Shown: positions 55,554 to 64,000 of the stretch, piece by piece | Numbering within the stretch: position 1 is the stretch's first letter | Layout: each line of letters opens with the position of its first letter | Source of the DNA: Candidatus Acidiferrales bacterium | GTDB lineage: Bacteria > Acidobacteriota > Terriglobia > Acidiferrales > UBA7541 | DNA length: 64,000 nucleotides | Direction of reading: 5' to 3' | Assembly (NCBI GenBank): GCA_049517055.1 | Contig: JBEKSN010000002.1 | Location: forward strand, 433 to 64,432 | Translations under genes and position numbers: made by a program | Notes under the pieces: model-generated | The model's database searches: none | Seen by the model: the letters and a program-made list of their open reading frames with translations, nothing else | Told to the model about the DNA's origin: nothing

Positions 55554-57712
55554 GACTCTCGTCCCGCGAAGAACCGAGGAGAGAAGCTTCTTCGCTTGGA
55601 GGCGCTTGGCGCGCTTTTTTCTCCTGGGCCTGTAACCCCCGGCGCGTATTCCTTGGCGTTGTTTTTATTGCGCTCCACCTGTCGCTAGACCGGGCAACCG
55701 TGGTCTTTCGCATGTCGGTTGGGACGGACCTTTGGTATCCACCCGCGGGTCTCGCACTGGCCCTCTTGATGGGATTGGGGGTTTCTTACGCTCCGTTAAT
55801 CTTTGTCTCAGGATTTCTTACTTCAACTATTAATTACCACTTGCCTGTTCTCGGCGGAAATATTTGGTACGTCAACGGTGTGATTGCCGTTTGGTACAGT
55901 GGAGTAGCCATCGTCCTACGGCGTTACTTCCAAGTGGACGGCGCATTTCGCTCGCTCCAAGAAGTATCCCGATACATTTTCGTGGTACTCGGTTCAACGC
56001 TCGGGTTGGCATTTTGCGGCGCGCTCAGCTTCCTCTGGAGCAAGCAAATCCGAGCCAGTAGCTATGGCAGCTCTGTTTTGAACTGGTGGATCGGCGATTC
56101 GGTGGCTCTGTTCTGTTTGACTCCGTTTCTTCTTGTCCATGTAATGCCGTGGCTTCGAGCGCAGACCACGCCCAGTACCCCAGCAATCGTGCGAAGCCCC
56201 AAGCCGGAAACAGACCCATGGCCGGGAAGTCCCAATCCGCGCATTCTTTTTGAACTTTTTGCCCAGAGCGCCAGTATCTTAGCGTCGCTTTACATTGCTC
56301 TAGGATCGCGTTTCTCTCGCCAGTACCAACTGTTCTATATCTTCTTTTTACCCGTCATTTGGATAGCGGTGCGAAAAGGCGTGCGTGGCGCCACCGCCGC
56401 CACACTGCTGCTCAACGTCGGCGCAATACTCATGTTGAACAGTTTCCCTCAGGAACCGAATCGGCTTATCTCCTTGCAAGTCCTCATGCTTGTCGTCTCC
56501 GTAACAGGATTATGCCTGGGAACGCTTATTACCGAACGGAATCAGGCGGATCAGGAATTGCGCGAAAGCGAAGGGCGTAGGCAGGCCCTCATCAGCACCA
56601 TCGACGAAGTGGTATTCGAATTCGACGTGAATGGAACCTACAAAAACATATGGACGGTCGATGAGTCTCTGTTAGCTCGGCCTAAGGCCGAATTACTTGG
56701 CCGCCGAGCGGCTGAATTCATGGCCCCGGAAGTGATCGATCCGATTTTAAGAATCTTTAGGAGAGTATTGAAAACCGGCCTCGGAGAAAGTATTGAGTAC
56801 TCACTGTCACTTCCGGCAAGAAAGTGGTTCCTGGCGCGCGTCACCCCCATTCCTTCCGCGGACGGAAGACCTTCGGCAATTTGCATGACCGCACGCGACA
56901 TCACCGCGCGCAAGCTTGCGGAAGAACAATTGCGAACAACGAGCGAGGCTGCTGAAGCCGCCAGCCGCGCGAAGAGTCAATTTCTCGCCAACATAAGCCA
57001 CGAGATTCGAACTCCGATGAACGGCATTCTCGGAATGACAGATCTCGTTCTCGATACCCCCGTAACTCCCGAGCAGAGGGAATATCTGGAAATGGTAAAG
57101 GTGTCCGGCGATTCGCTCATGGAGTTGTTGAACGCTATCCTGGACCTGTCCAAAATTGAAGCCGGAAAACTGGATCTCGAGCCGATTGAGTTTCCATTGC
57201 CGCTCCGTTTGGCGGAAACGCTGAAAATGATGCATTTTCGCGCGAGGCAAAAAGGGCTGGAGCTAAGTTGGCATTCCGCAACAGATGTCCCCGAGCTCCT
57301 GGTTGGAGATCCCATGCGGCTTCGCCAGATCTTGGTAAATCTTGTCGGGAATGCAATCAAGTTCACCGAGCATGGCGAGATCGTCGTAGATGTCCAAGCG
57401 CAAAAGATTTCGCCGGAAAGCGTCGAGTTGCATTTCCGTGTTCAGGATAGCGGGATTGGCATCGCGGATGACAAGCAAGCGATGATTTTCGAAGCGTTCA
57501 CCCAAGCTGATAGCTCCACGACTCGAAAGTACGGCGGCACAGGTCTCGGCTTGGCAATTACCAGCCGCTTGGTGGATTTGATGGGCGGAAGAATCTGGGT
57601 CGAAAGTGTGCCGGCTCGGGGCAGCACATTTCATTTCACAGCAACGTTCGGATTGCCCCGCGGCGATGCGGCAGTCGTAACGAGTTGGCAACATAGCGGA
57701 GGTGCGTTGTGA
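55550..57712 (+). CDS. Sensor histidine kinase (MASE1-like membrane domain - PAS - HisKA - HATPase)
   Basis: HisKA ISHEIRTPMNGILGMT, HATPase GTGLGLAITSRLVDLMGG, and a multi-TM N-terminus containing WYPPAGLALALL (MASE1-like). The proposed TTG start at 55550 forms a TTGA overlap with the upstream stop. The minimal ATG at 55712 would truncate the first TM helix. Confidence 0.75.
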   Translation: MRLSSREEPRREASSLGGAWRAFFSWACNPRRVFLGVVFIALHLSLDRATVVFRMSVGTDLWYPPAGLALALLMGLGVSYAPLIFVSGFLTSTINYHLPVLGGNIWYVNGVIAVWYSGVAIVLRRYFQVDGAFRSLQEVSRYIFVVLGSTLGLAFCGALSFLWSKQIRASSYGSSVLNWWIGDSVALFCLTPFLLVHVMPWLRAQTTPSTPAIVRSPKPETDPWPGSPNPRILFELFAQSASILASLYIALGSRFSRQYQLFYIFFLPVIWIAVRKGVRGATAATLLLNVGAILMLNSFPQEPNRLISLQVLMLVVSVTGLCLGTLITERNQADQELRESEGRRQALISTIDEVVFEFDVNGTYKNIWTVDESLLARPKAELLGRRAAEFMAPEVIDPILRIFRRVLKTGLGESIEYSLSLPARKWFLARVTPIPSADGRPSAICMTARDITARKLAEEQLRTTSEAAEAASRAKSQFLANISHEIRTPMNGILGMTDLVLDTPVTPEQREYLEMVKVSGDSLMELLNAILDLSKIEAGKLDLEPIEFPLPLRLAETLKMMHFRARQKGLELSWHSATDVPELLVGDPMRLRQILVNLVGNAIKFTEHGEIVVDVQAQKISPESVELHFRVQDSGIGIADDKQAMIFEAFTQADSSTTRKYGGTGLGLAITSRLVDLMGGRIWVESVPARGSTFHFTATFGLPRGDAAVVTSWQHSGGAL

Positions 57713-58701
57713 AAGAAGAGAAAGACTTGAAAAAGAAAATTTTGATTGCCGAAGACGACCCTATTTCCCGACGATTGCTGGAAGTATTTCTCAACCGGTG
57801 GGGATACGATGTCGCTGTTGCCGCAAGCGGAACCGAGGCTTTGGATCTTCTCGATCAAGTCGACGCTCCGCGTCTCGCCGTGCTGGACTGGATGATGCCT
57901 GGTCTTGAAGGCGTTCAAGTATGCCGGAAAATTCGCGAGCACAAGGACCGCCCCTATGTCTACATCTTGTTACTTTCCGCTCGCGCGCAGAAGGAAGATT
58001 TGTTGCTGGGGTTGGAATCGGGCGCCGATGATTATTTGACTAAGCCCTTTGACGCACCCGAACTTCGCGCGCGTCTCCACGTCGGCCAGCGGATTTTGCA
58101 ACTACAGGACGGCCTAATGGCAGCGGGCGCCGAGCTCCTCTTCCGCGCCACGCACGACTCGCTGACCGGCACATCCAACCGTGGTGTGATTCTCGATTCC
58201 CTGCGCCGGGAGCATTCCCGTCAGCAGCGCGAAGGCGGCTCGTTTGGTATCGTTCTGTTGGACGTCGATCACTTCAAATCGGTAAACGATACCTACGGAC
58301 ACTTGTGTGGAGATACTGTTCTGCAAGAAGTCGTGCGAAGAGTAACTTCAACCGTGCGAGCCTATGACACGGTGGGACGTTACGGCGGCGAGGAATTTCT
58401 GATCGTTGCGCCTTCCTCCGGCGCCGAGGGTATTCTCCGACTCTCCGAGAGAGTCCGCTTGGCAATCGAGGCAACGCCGATCAAGATGGATGCTGGAGAA
58501 GTTTCGGTTACTGTAAGTTTAGGCCTGGCTGTAAGCAGCGAAGCTGCGCCACTTGATCCCGAGCTCATGCTCAGCACTGCGGACGAAGCCCTCTACCGCG
58601 CCAAAGCAGACGGCCGAAACCGGTCCGAAATGGGCATCTTGGATGCTACCCCCTCGGATAGTGAGGCGGGAATTGCGCCGGTCAAAAACGGCTCCCACTA
58701 G
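57709..58701 (+). CDS. Response regulator-diguanylate cyclase (REC-GGDEF)
   Basis: The GTG start forms a GTGA overlap with the kinase stop. REC (LAVLDWMMPGLEG), active site GGEEF, and an RxxD I-site (RAYD) five residues upstream. Confidence 0.9.
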   Translation: MKEEKDLKKKILIAEDDPISRRLLEVFLNRWGYDVAVAASGTEALDLLDQVDAPRLAVLDWMMPGLEGVQVCRKIREHKDRPYVYILLLSARAQKEDLLLGLESGADDYLTKPFDAPELRARLHVGQRILQLQDGLMAAGAELLFRATHDSLTGTSNRGVILDSLRREHSRQQREGGSFGIVLLDVDHFKSVNDTYGHLCGDTVLQEVVRRVTSTVRAYDTVGRYGGEEFLIVAPSSGAEGILRLSERVRLAIEATPIKMDAGEVSVTVSLGLAVSSEAAPLDPELMLSTADEALYRAKADGRNRSEMGILDATPSDSEAGIAPVKNGSH

Positions 58702-58756
58702 CTTGCCCTTTCTTGCGTCTCGATAGACCATAGGCTGGAGGCACTGCCTTCGAAGT

Positions 58757-59227
58757 ATGCCGCACGAGATTCAGTTCGTGGCTCAGTCTCGAATTGAGGC
58801 GCCCGCCGAGGTCGTCTTTCGCTGGCACGCGCAACCAGACGCGCTTGAACGATTAACACCACCATGGGACCCCGTTGAAGTCGTGCAGCGGGCACCGGGA
58901 ATCCATGACGGCGATCGTGGAATTCTTCGCGTTCACGTGGGCCCACTCAGGATTCGGTGGGTATTCGAGCACCGCGATTACATCGAAGGGCGCCAGTTCC
59001 GGGACGTCCAGATTGAAGGTCCATTCCACCGTTGGGAACACACCCATAGAATGGAGCCGCACGGCGCCGCAGGTTGCATTCTCACAGACTCCATTCAATA
59101 CGAATTGCCCCTTGGCTTCGCAGGAAAGGCTCTTGGCGGCTGGTTCGTACGCCGAAAGCTTGTTCGTCTTTTCAAATACCGCCATCAAGTGACAGCCGCG
59201 GCGATGCTCGCCCACAACGAAGCTTGA
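58757..59227 (+). CDS. SRPBCC (cyclase/dehydrase-like) family protein
   Basis: 156-aa ORF. The N-terminal ...IEAPAEVVFRWHAQPDALERLTPPW resembles START/SRPBCC ligand-binding proteins. Confidence 0.55.
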   Translation: MPHEIQFVAQSRIEAPAEVVFRWHAQPDALERLTPPWDPVEVVQRAPGIHDGDRGILRVHVGPLRIRWVFEHRDYIEGRQFRDVQIEGPFHRWEHTHRMEPHGAAGCILTDSIQYELPLGFAGKALGGWFVRRKLVRLFKYRHQVTAAAMLAHNEA

Positions 59228-59429
59228 AGTACTGAATTTCGCTCGGCATGAAGTAGGGTGCGCTAGTCCGCGGGCAATTTCATTCCCCATACGATAGCGT
59301 ATGGAAGACTCTCTTGCTGCTCTATACATTCGTGTTGAATCCAATTCCTTGCGCAGCACGCTTTGGTGTACATTGTTACTTTAGAAATCCGCTTTGCCTT
59401 GTTTGCTGAGTCTTGAGAGGGGTCAGGCT

Positions 59430-60770
59430 ATGAGCTCGACCAAACCCGAATCCGTCATCAACGATAAAGCTCCCTCCACAACCCGGCGTGACACTCTGAG
59501 CATCACTGACAATCGCACCGGACGCCAATACGAGCTTCCCATCAAGAACGAGACGGTTCGCGCTCTCGATCTGCGTCCGATGAAAGTGAGCGATGAAGAT
59601 TTCGGATTGATGGGTTACGACCCGGCATTCACAAACACGGCTTCCTGTTCGAGCAAAATTACGTTCATCGACGGCGACAAGGGAATCCTGCGTTACCGCG
59701 GCTATTCCATCGAGGAGCTGGCGGAGAAAAGTACCTACATCGAGACTGCCTACCTAATTCTCTATGGCGAACTGCCCGACAAGTCGCAACTGGCGGATTG
59801 GTCCTACCACGTCACGCACCACACCTTTATTCACGAAAGCATCAAAAAATTTCTCGATGGTTTTCATTACGACGCCCATCCCATGGGTATGTTGATTTCG
59901 ACAGTAGCCGCGCTTTCCACGTTTTATCCGGATGCAAAGGATATATTCAATCCTGAATCGCGGCGCAAACAGACCTATCGCTTGATCGGCAAGATGCCCA
60001 CGCTAGCCGCCTTCGCTTACCGTCACAGTTTGGGAATGCCGTTTGTATACCCCGACAACGACCTAAGCTACTGCGGAAATTTCTTGAACATGCTATTTCG
60101 CACTACGGAACTGAAGTATCGCCCGAACCCGACGCTCGAGCGGGCTCTGGACATCCTCTTCATTCTGCACGCGGATCATGAGCAGAATTGCTCCTCCACC
60201 GCAATGCGCTGCGTGGGTAGTTCGCATGTGGATCCGTACTGCGCCACCGCCGCGGCGACCGCGGCGCTCTACGGTCCGCTTCACGGCGGAGCCAACGAAG
60301 CCGTGCTCCGCATGCTTGTCGAAATTGGATCGATAAACAACGTGCCCGCCTACATCAAGCGGGTGAAGGCGGGCGAAAAGCTGCTAATGGGGTTCGGCCA
60401 CCGCGTCTATAAGAATTACGACCCTCGCGCCCGGATTGTGAAGCACATTGCCTATGAAGTTTTCGACGTGATGGGTAAGAATCCTCTAATCGAAATCGCC
60501 TTGGAGTGCGAACGCATTGCGCTCGAGGATGATTACTTCGTGTCCCGCCGTCTATATCCCAACGTCGACTTCTACACCGGCCTCATTTACCAATCAATGG
60601 GCTTCCCGATGACCATGTTCCCCGTGCTATTTGCCATTCCTCGTACGTCGGGTTGGATTGCGCAGTGGGAAGAGATGCTTCTCGATCCCGAACAGAAGAT
60701 TTCCCGGCCTCGCCAGGTGTACTTGGGTCATGACCTCCGTAGCTACACACCCCTAGACCGGCGCGGTTAG
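59430..60770 (+). CDS. gltA: Citrate synthase (type II, hexameric type)
   Basis: Motifs ILHADHEQNCSTS-like (ILHADHEQNCSSTA), GPLHGGANE and GFGHRVYKNYDPRA. The ATG at 59430 follows a GAGAGGGG SD. ORF-track start 59394 is a TTG. Confidence 0.95.
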   Translation: MSSTKPESVINDKAPSTTRRDTLSITDNRTGRQYELPIKNETVRALDLRPMKVSDEDFGLMGYDPAFTNTASCSSKITFIDGDKGILRYRGYSIEELAEKSTYIETAYLILYGELPDKSQLADWSYHVTHHTFIHESIKKFLDGFHYDAHPMGMLISTVAALSTFYPDAKDIFNPESRRKQTYRLIGKMPTLAAFAYRHSLGMPFVYPDNDLSYCGNFLNMLFRTTELKYRPNPTLERALDILFILHADHEQNCSSTAMRCVGSSHVDPYCATAAATAALYGPLHGGANEAVLRMLVEIGSINNVPAYIKRVKAGEKLLMGFGHRVYKNYDPRARIVKHIAYEVFDVMGKNPLIEIALECERIALEDDYFVSRRLYPNVDFYTGLIYQSMGFPMTMFPVLFAIPRTSGWIAQWEEMLLDPEQKISRPRQVYLGHDLRSYTPLDRRG

Positions 60771-60901
60771 ACCGCCCAACGCCGAATTCTTGCCTGTCCC
60801 TCCGGACGGGGTCTCCAGACGTCCTGGTACCACCGAAAGTGATTGCATCTGGACTCAATCTCTGGCAAAACACTCTGACGTCCCGCGGGGGCCAATCTTA
60901 A

Positions 60902-61267
60902 ATGGACATCTCTACGCGCCAAGCCGGAGTTGCTACGATTGTTGATGTGGTTGGCGACATTACGCTCTATAACTCGCCGGAGGTTCGCAAGGTGTTGCTG
61001 AATCTCTTGAAAGATAAGAAATCTCCTCGCGTTATCGTGAACATGCTCAGCGTAAAATATATTGATAGTGCTGGCGTCGCCTCCTTGGTTGAAGGTTTGA
61101 AGGTTTCGCGCGATTTGAAGAGCACCTTTGCTCTGTTCGGGCTCAGTCGGACCGCGCAGGAAGTGTTCGAGCTTACTCGGCTTGTAAGAGTTTTTGAAAT
61201 TTACACCAATGAAGAGGATGCCTTACGGGGCGGCAGCGCCAACACAAATGTTGCTCCCATCAGGTAA
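60902..61267 (+). CDS. STAS-domain protein (MlaB-like / anti-sigma antagonist family)
   Basis: 121 aa with the SpoIIAA-like motif MLSVKYIDSAGVASLVE. Lies directly upstream of mlaE/mlaF. Confidence 0.7.
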   Translation: MDISTRQAGVATIVDVVGDITLYNSPEVRKVLLNLLKDKKSPRVIVNMLSVKYIDSAGVASLVEGLKVSRDLKSTFALFGLSRTAQEVFELTRLVRVFEIYTNEEDALRGGSANTNVAPIR

Positions 61268-61321
61268 ATTCCGGGCGGTCTGCGCGATTTCCCGGGGATT
61301 TTAGCCCGTCCGGATTCAAAG

Positions 61322-62119
61322 ATGCCACTCACAGAGACGATCGGCTCAGCCACGATCAATGGACTGTCATATATAGGCGGATTGGCGCGCCTAGCCGGCA
61401 GCTCCGTCCGAACGATTTTTATCGAACCAATCCGGGGAAAGAAATTTCACCTTAGCCGTTCCATCCATCAAGCCATGGCCGTTGGAGTCGAAGCGCTCCC
61501 TATTGTTTCCCTGATTTCCTTTTTTATCGGCACCATCCTCGCTTTGAACGCCGCGTACGAACTCCGCAAGTTCGGTGCCTTGCAAGTCGTCGCAAGTGCC
61601 GTGGCCATTTCCGTCACTCGCGAGTTGGGACCGCTGATGACTGCTGTGGTCGTAATCGGCCGGTCGGGTTCCGCATTCGCCGCCGAGATCGGCACCATGA
61701 AGGTGAACGAAGAAATTGACGCGCTGGAAACTATGGCCCTCGAGCCCGTGGATTTTCTGGTCGCGCCCAAGTTCCTTGCCATGCTGCTGATGGTTCCCTG
61801 TCTCACAACCTGGGCCGATTTCATGGGTGTGCTTGGCGGCGGCGTTTTCGGCGTGTCGGCAGCGGGCTTCACCTGGGGCAGTTACATTCGCGCGACCCTC
61901 GACGCTTTGCAGTCCCGTGATATCGTCACCGGTTTGATCAAAGCCGCCATGTTCGGCCTTGTAATCACTGCCGTCGGATGCCAGGAAGGCTTTTCGACAG
62001 GATTGGGATCCGAGCAAGTCGGGCGCTCCACCACTTCTGCCGTGGTCAAATCCATTTTCATGGTCGTCGTCGTCGACCTTATATTTACTGCTATTTTTTA
62101 CCTCACGGCGCCGAGATAA
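61322..62119 (+). CDS. mlaE: MlaE-family ABC transporter permease
   Basis: 265 aa. Motifs VTRELGPLMTAVVVIGRSGSAFAAEIGTMKVNEEIDALETM are typical of MlaE/Ttg2B. Confidence 0.9.
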   Translation: MPLTETIGSATINGLSYIGGLARLAGSSVRTIFIEPIRGKKFHLSRSIHQAMAVGVEALPIVSLISFFIGTILALNAAYELRKFGALQVVASAVAISVTRELGPLMTAVVVIGRSGSAFAAEIGTMKVNEEIDALETMALEPVDFLVAPKFLAMLLMVPCLTTWADFMGVLGGGVFGVSAAGFTWGSYIRATLDALQSRDIVTGLIKAAMFGLVITAVGCQEGFSTGLGSEQVGRSTTSAVVKSIFMVVVVDLIFTAIFYLTAPR

Positions 62120-62126
62120 AGAGAAC

Positions 62127-62975
62127 ATGGCACTCAGCACACCATCAAAAGGCGAACAGTCACAAGCTCCGCCCGGCGCGGCTGTCGCCGTGCGCAATCT
62201 GCGCGTGAACTACGGCGCCAGAGAAATCCTGCACGGAATTAATTTTGAAGTGCCCGCGGGCGAGACGTTGGTCATCATGGGCGGATCGGGCTCGGGCAAA
62301 AGCACGCTGTTACGCACGCTCGTGGGTCTGGAAAAACCAAGCGGCGGCGAAATTTGGATGCGCGGAAAGAATTTTGCTGCGATGTCTGAGGAAGATCGTG
62401 ATGAACTCCGCAAGAAAATGGGAATGTCCTTTCAAGGCGGAGCGCTCTTCGGCTCGATGACTGTCGGCGAAAATGTTGCGCTGCCCCTCCAGGAACACAC
62501 CCAACTCGACGAATCCACGATCGAGATTATGGTTCGCCTGAAACTTGACCAGGTTGGTCTCTCCGGTTTTGAGAACTATATGCCCGCGCAATTGAGCGGC
62601 GGAATGAAAAAGCGCGCCGCGATCGCTCGCGCTCTCTCCATGGACCCTGAGATCTTGTTTTTTGACGAGCCTTCCGCCGGACTCGATCCCATCATCGCCG
62701 CCGGAATTGATGACCTGATCTTGAAGTTAAAGAAAGCATTTCGGATTACGATTGTCGTGGTCACCCACGAACTGGCCAGCGCGTTCCTGATTGCCGACCG
62801 CATGATTCTGCTCGACAAAGGCGTGATCGTCGCCAATGGCACAACCAAAGAACTGCGGGAGAGCACGCAGCCTCGCGTTCGGCAGTTCCTTGACCGCGTG
62901 CCGGAGCCGGAACTGACCGGAGAAATTGACTACTTGCAGATGTTGACGGGAGATATCCCGCCCATTCGGCAATGA
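62127..62975 (+). CDS. mlaF: MlaF-family ABC transporter ATP-binding protein
   Basis: Walker A GGSGSGKST, signature LSGGMKKRAAIARAL, Walker B LFFDEP. Confidence 0.9.
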   Translation: MALSTPSKGEQSQAPPGAAVAVRNLRVNYGAREILHGINFEVPAGETLVIMGGSGSGKSTLLRTLVGLEKPSGGEIWMRGKNFAAMSEEDRDELRKKMGMSFQGGALFGSMTVGENVALPLQEHTQLDESTIEIMVRLKLDQVGLSGFENYMPAQLSGGMKKRAAIARALSMDPEILFFDEPSAGLDPIIAAGIDDLILKLKKAFRITIVVVTHELASAFLIADRMILLDKGVIVANGTTKELRESTQPRVRQFLDRVPEPELTGEIDYLQMLTGDIPPIRQ

Positions 62976-63049
62976 GTCTAGCTAACTTAGTTCATCGTGT
63001 TATACTCCCGGCGCCTAAAGCTGCCGGGCGGCAGTAATCGAGGAAACAG

Positions 63050-64000
63050 ATGGAAGCGAAGCGGGAACAGGCTCTCGTCGGGTTATTTGTGCTGGTGGCA
63101 GGTGGGCTGCTCATCGTCACGCTGATTCTTCTTTCGGGCGCGTTGACGACCGGTGACACCACCTTTCACACCTATTTTAAGAACGCGGGAGGACTGCAGC
63201 CTGGCTCGGAAGTCCGCTACGCGGGCGGCCCGCCCGTCGGCCGCGTCTCGAAGGTTCAGGTTGATGCTCAAGATGCAACGCGCATGAAAGTCGATTTTGC
63301 CGTGCATCCCAACATTCCGGTGAAAACAGACAGTACCGTCCTTATTACCAGCAACAGCCCTCTCGGCGAAAATTTCCTTGGAATCATTCCCGGAACAAAC
63401 GCGGCAGCGCGCGCCCCTGCGGGCTACACCCTCAAGTCAAAAGAGTTCGTCAGTTTTGCCGATATCGCTGACAAAATAAACGCTCTGGCTCCTACCGCCA
63501 ACGATCTGATCGTTCATTTGGACGCCCGCGTGGTCGAACTGAAGGAAACCATCAGTCGTGTCAACGATCTCCTGAACGATAGAAACCGCGAAAACGTCGG
63601 CGAAAGTCTCGCCAACCTCCGCGGCATGCTTCAGGAAGATAGGCCGCTGGTCCATTCCACGCTGGACCACATTAACGCCGCCAGCGCCAAGCTCACTCCG
63701 CTCATAGACGATTTCCACAAGACAACCTTGGAAGCCAACGAAACTCTTAATCGCATCGATTCCATGATTAAGGATAACCGTACGGATATTCGCGAGGCGG
63801 TGAAGAATTTGCGCTCGTCGCTGGCCAAAGCTGATTCGATTGTGTCGCAGCTCGACAATACGATCGCGAATAATTCCGAAAATCTTGACGAGATTATCGA
63901 CAATCTCCGGCGTATCACCGAGAACATGAATGCCTTTACTGAGACGATCAGGGCTCGGCCGTACACATTGATTCGTTCCACGGAGCCCAAAGCCCATGAG
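63050..64000 (+). CDS. mlaD: MlaD/MCE-family substrate-binding protein (3' end outside the window)
   Basis: Hand translation from the ATG at 63050: MEAKREQALVGLFVLVAGGLLIVTLILL... (TM anchor), then an MCE fold (YFKNAGGLQPGSEVRYAGGPPVGRVSKV). The frame stays open to the window end. It is absent from the ORF track because no stop is reached. Confidence 0.8.
   Translation, partial: MEAKREQALVGLFVLVAGGLLIVTLILLSGALTTGDTTFHTYFKNAGGLQPGSEVRYAGGPPVGRVSKVQVDAQDATRMKVDFAVHPNIPVKTDSTVLITSNSPLGENFLGIIPGTNAAARAPAGYTLKSKEFVSFADIADKINALAPTANDLIVHLDARVVELKETISRVNDLLNDRNRENVGESLANLRGMLQEDRPLVHSTLDHINAASAKLTPLIDDFHKTTLEANETLNRIDSMIKDNRTDIREAVKNLRSSLAKADSIVSQLDNTIANNSENLDEIIDNLRRITENMNAFTETIRARPYTLIRSTEPKAHE

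Noticed and set aside
61391-62197. 268-aa ORF antisense to mlaE. There are similar long antisense ORFs at 12459..13223 (TolC), 5743..6666 (mutS2), 7888..8637 (dacB), 42806..43786 (pstA/pstB) and 54635..55288 (hybrid kinase).
   Set aside because: All lie opposite genes with strong family signatures and encode Gly/Arg/Ser-rich low-complexity products.

Overview
A moderately GC-rich, densely coding chromosomal segment. From protein similarity alone it looks Acidobacteriota-like, but I could not verify this by search. I saw no rRNA, tRNA, CRISPR array, IS element or prophage. Most of the window is housekeeping or conserved: rpoD-dnaG, mutS2, PBP4, a TetR plus TolC-EmrA-EmrB efflux operon, folK, ruvAB, gdhA, yvcK, aguA/aguB, a complete Pho locus (phoBR-phoU, pstSCAB-phoU), gltA and an Mla-type operon. 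The standout region is 32.9-41.0 kb. A sigma-54 enhancer-binding protein with a degenerate receiver domain, probably starting at a non-canonical ATC, is followed by two paralogous 27-codon lysine-rich peptide genes that are below the ORF-track cutoff. Each peptide gene has a correctly spaced -24/-12 promoter, an SD and an intrinsic terminator. Converging on them is a three-gene operon: a PqqD-like (RRE)/M50 metalloprotease/HlyD fusion, a HlyD lipoprotein, and a triple-GAF/HlyD fusion. It contains no ABC, RND or MFS pump. I read this as a candidate undescribed sigma-54-controlled peptide processing and export (RiPP-like or signalling) system. Other notable points are a VOC/glyoxalase gene split by an in-frame TGA followed by a 9-bp hairpin, Pho-box-like 11-bp-phased repeats upstream of pstS and phoB, a TonB receptor/YfiR-like/CHASE8 hybrid kinase/MASE1 kinase/REC-GGDEF cascade, and two receiver domains that lack the phospho-acceptor Asp.
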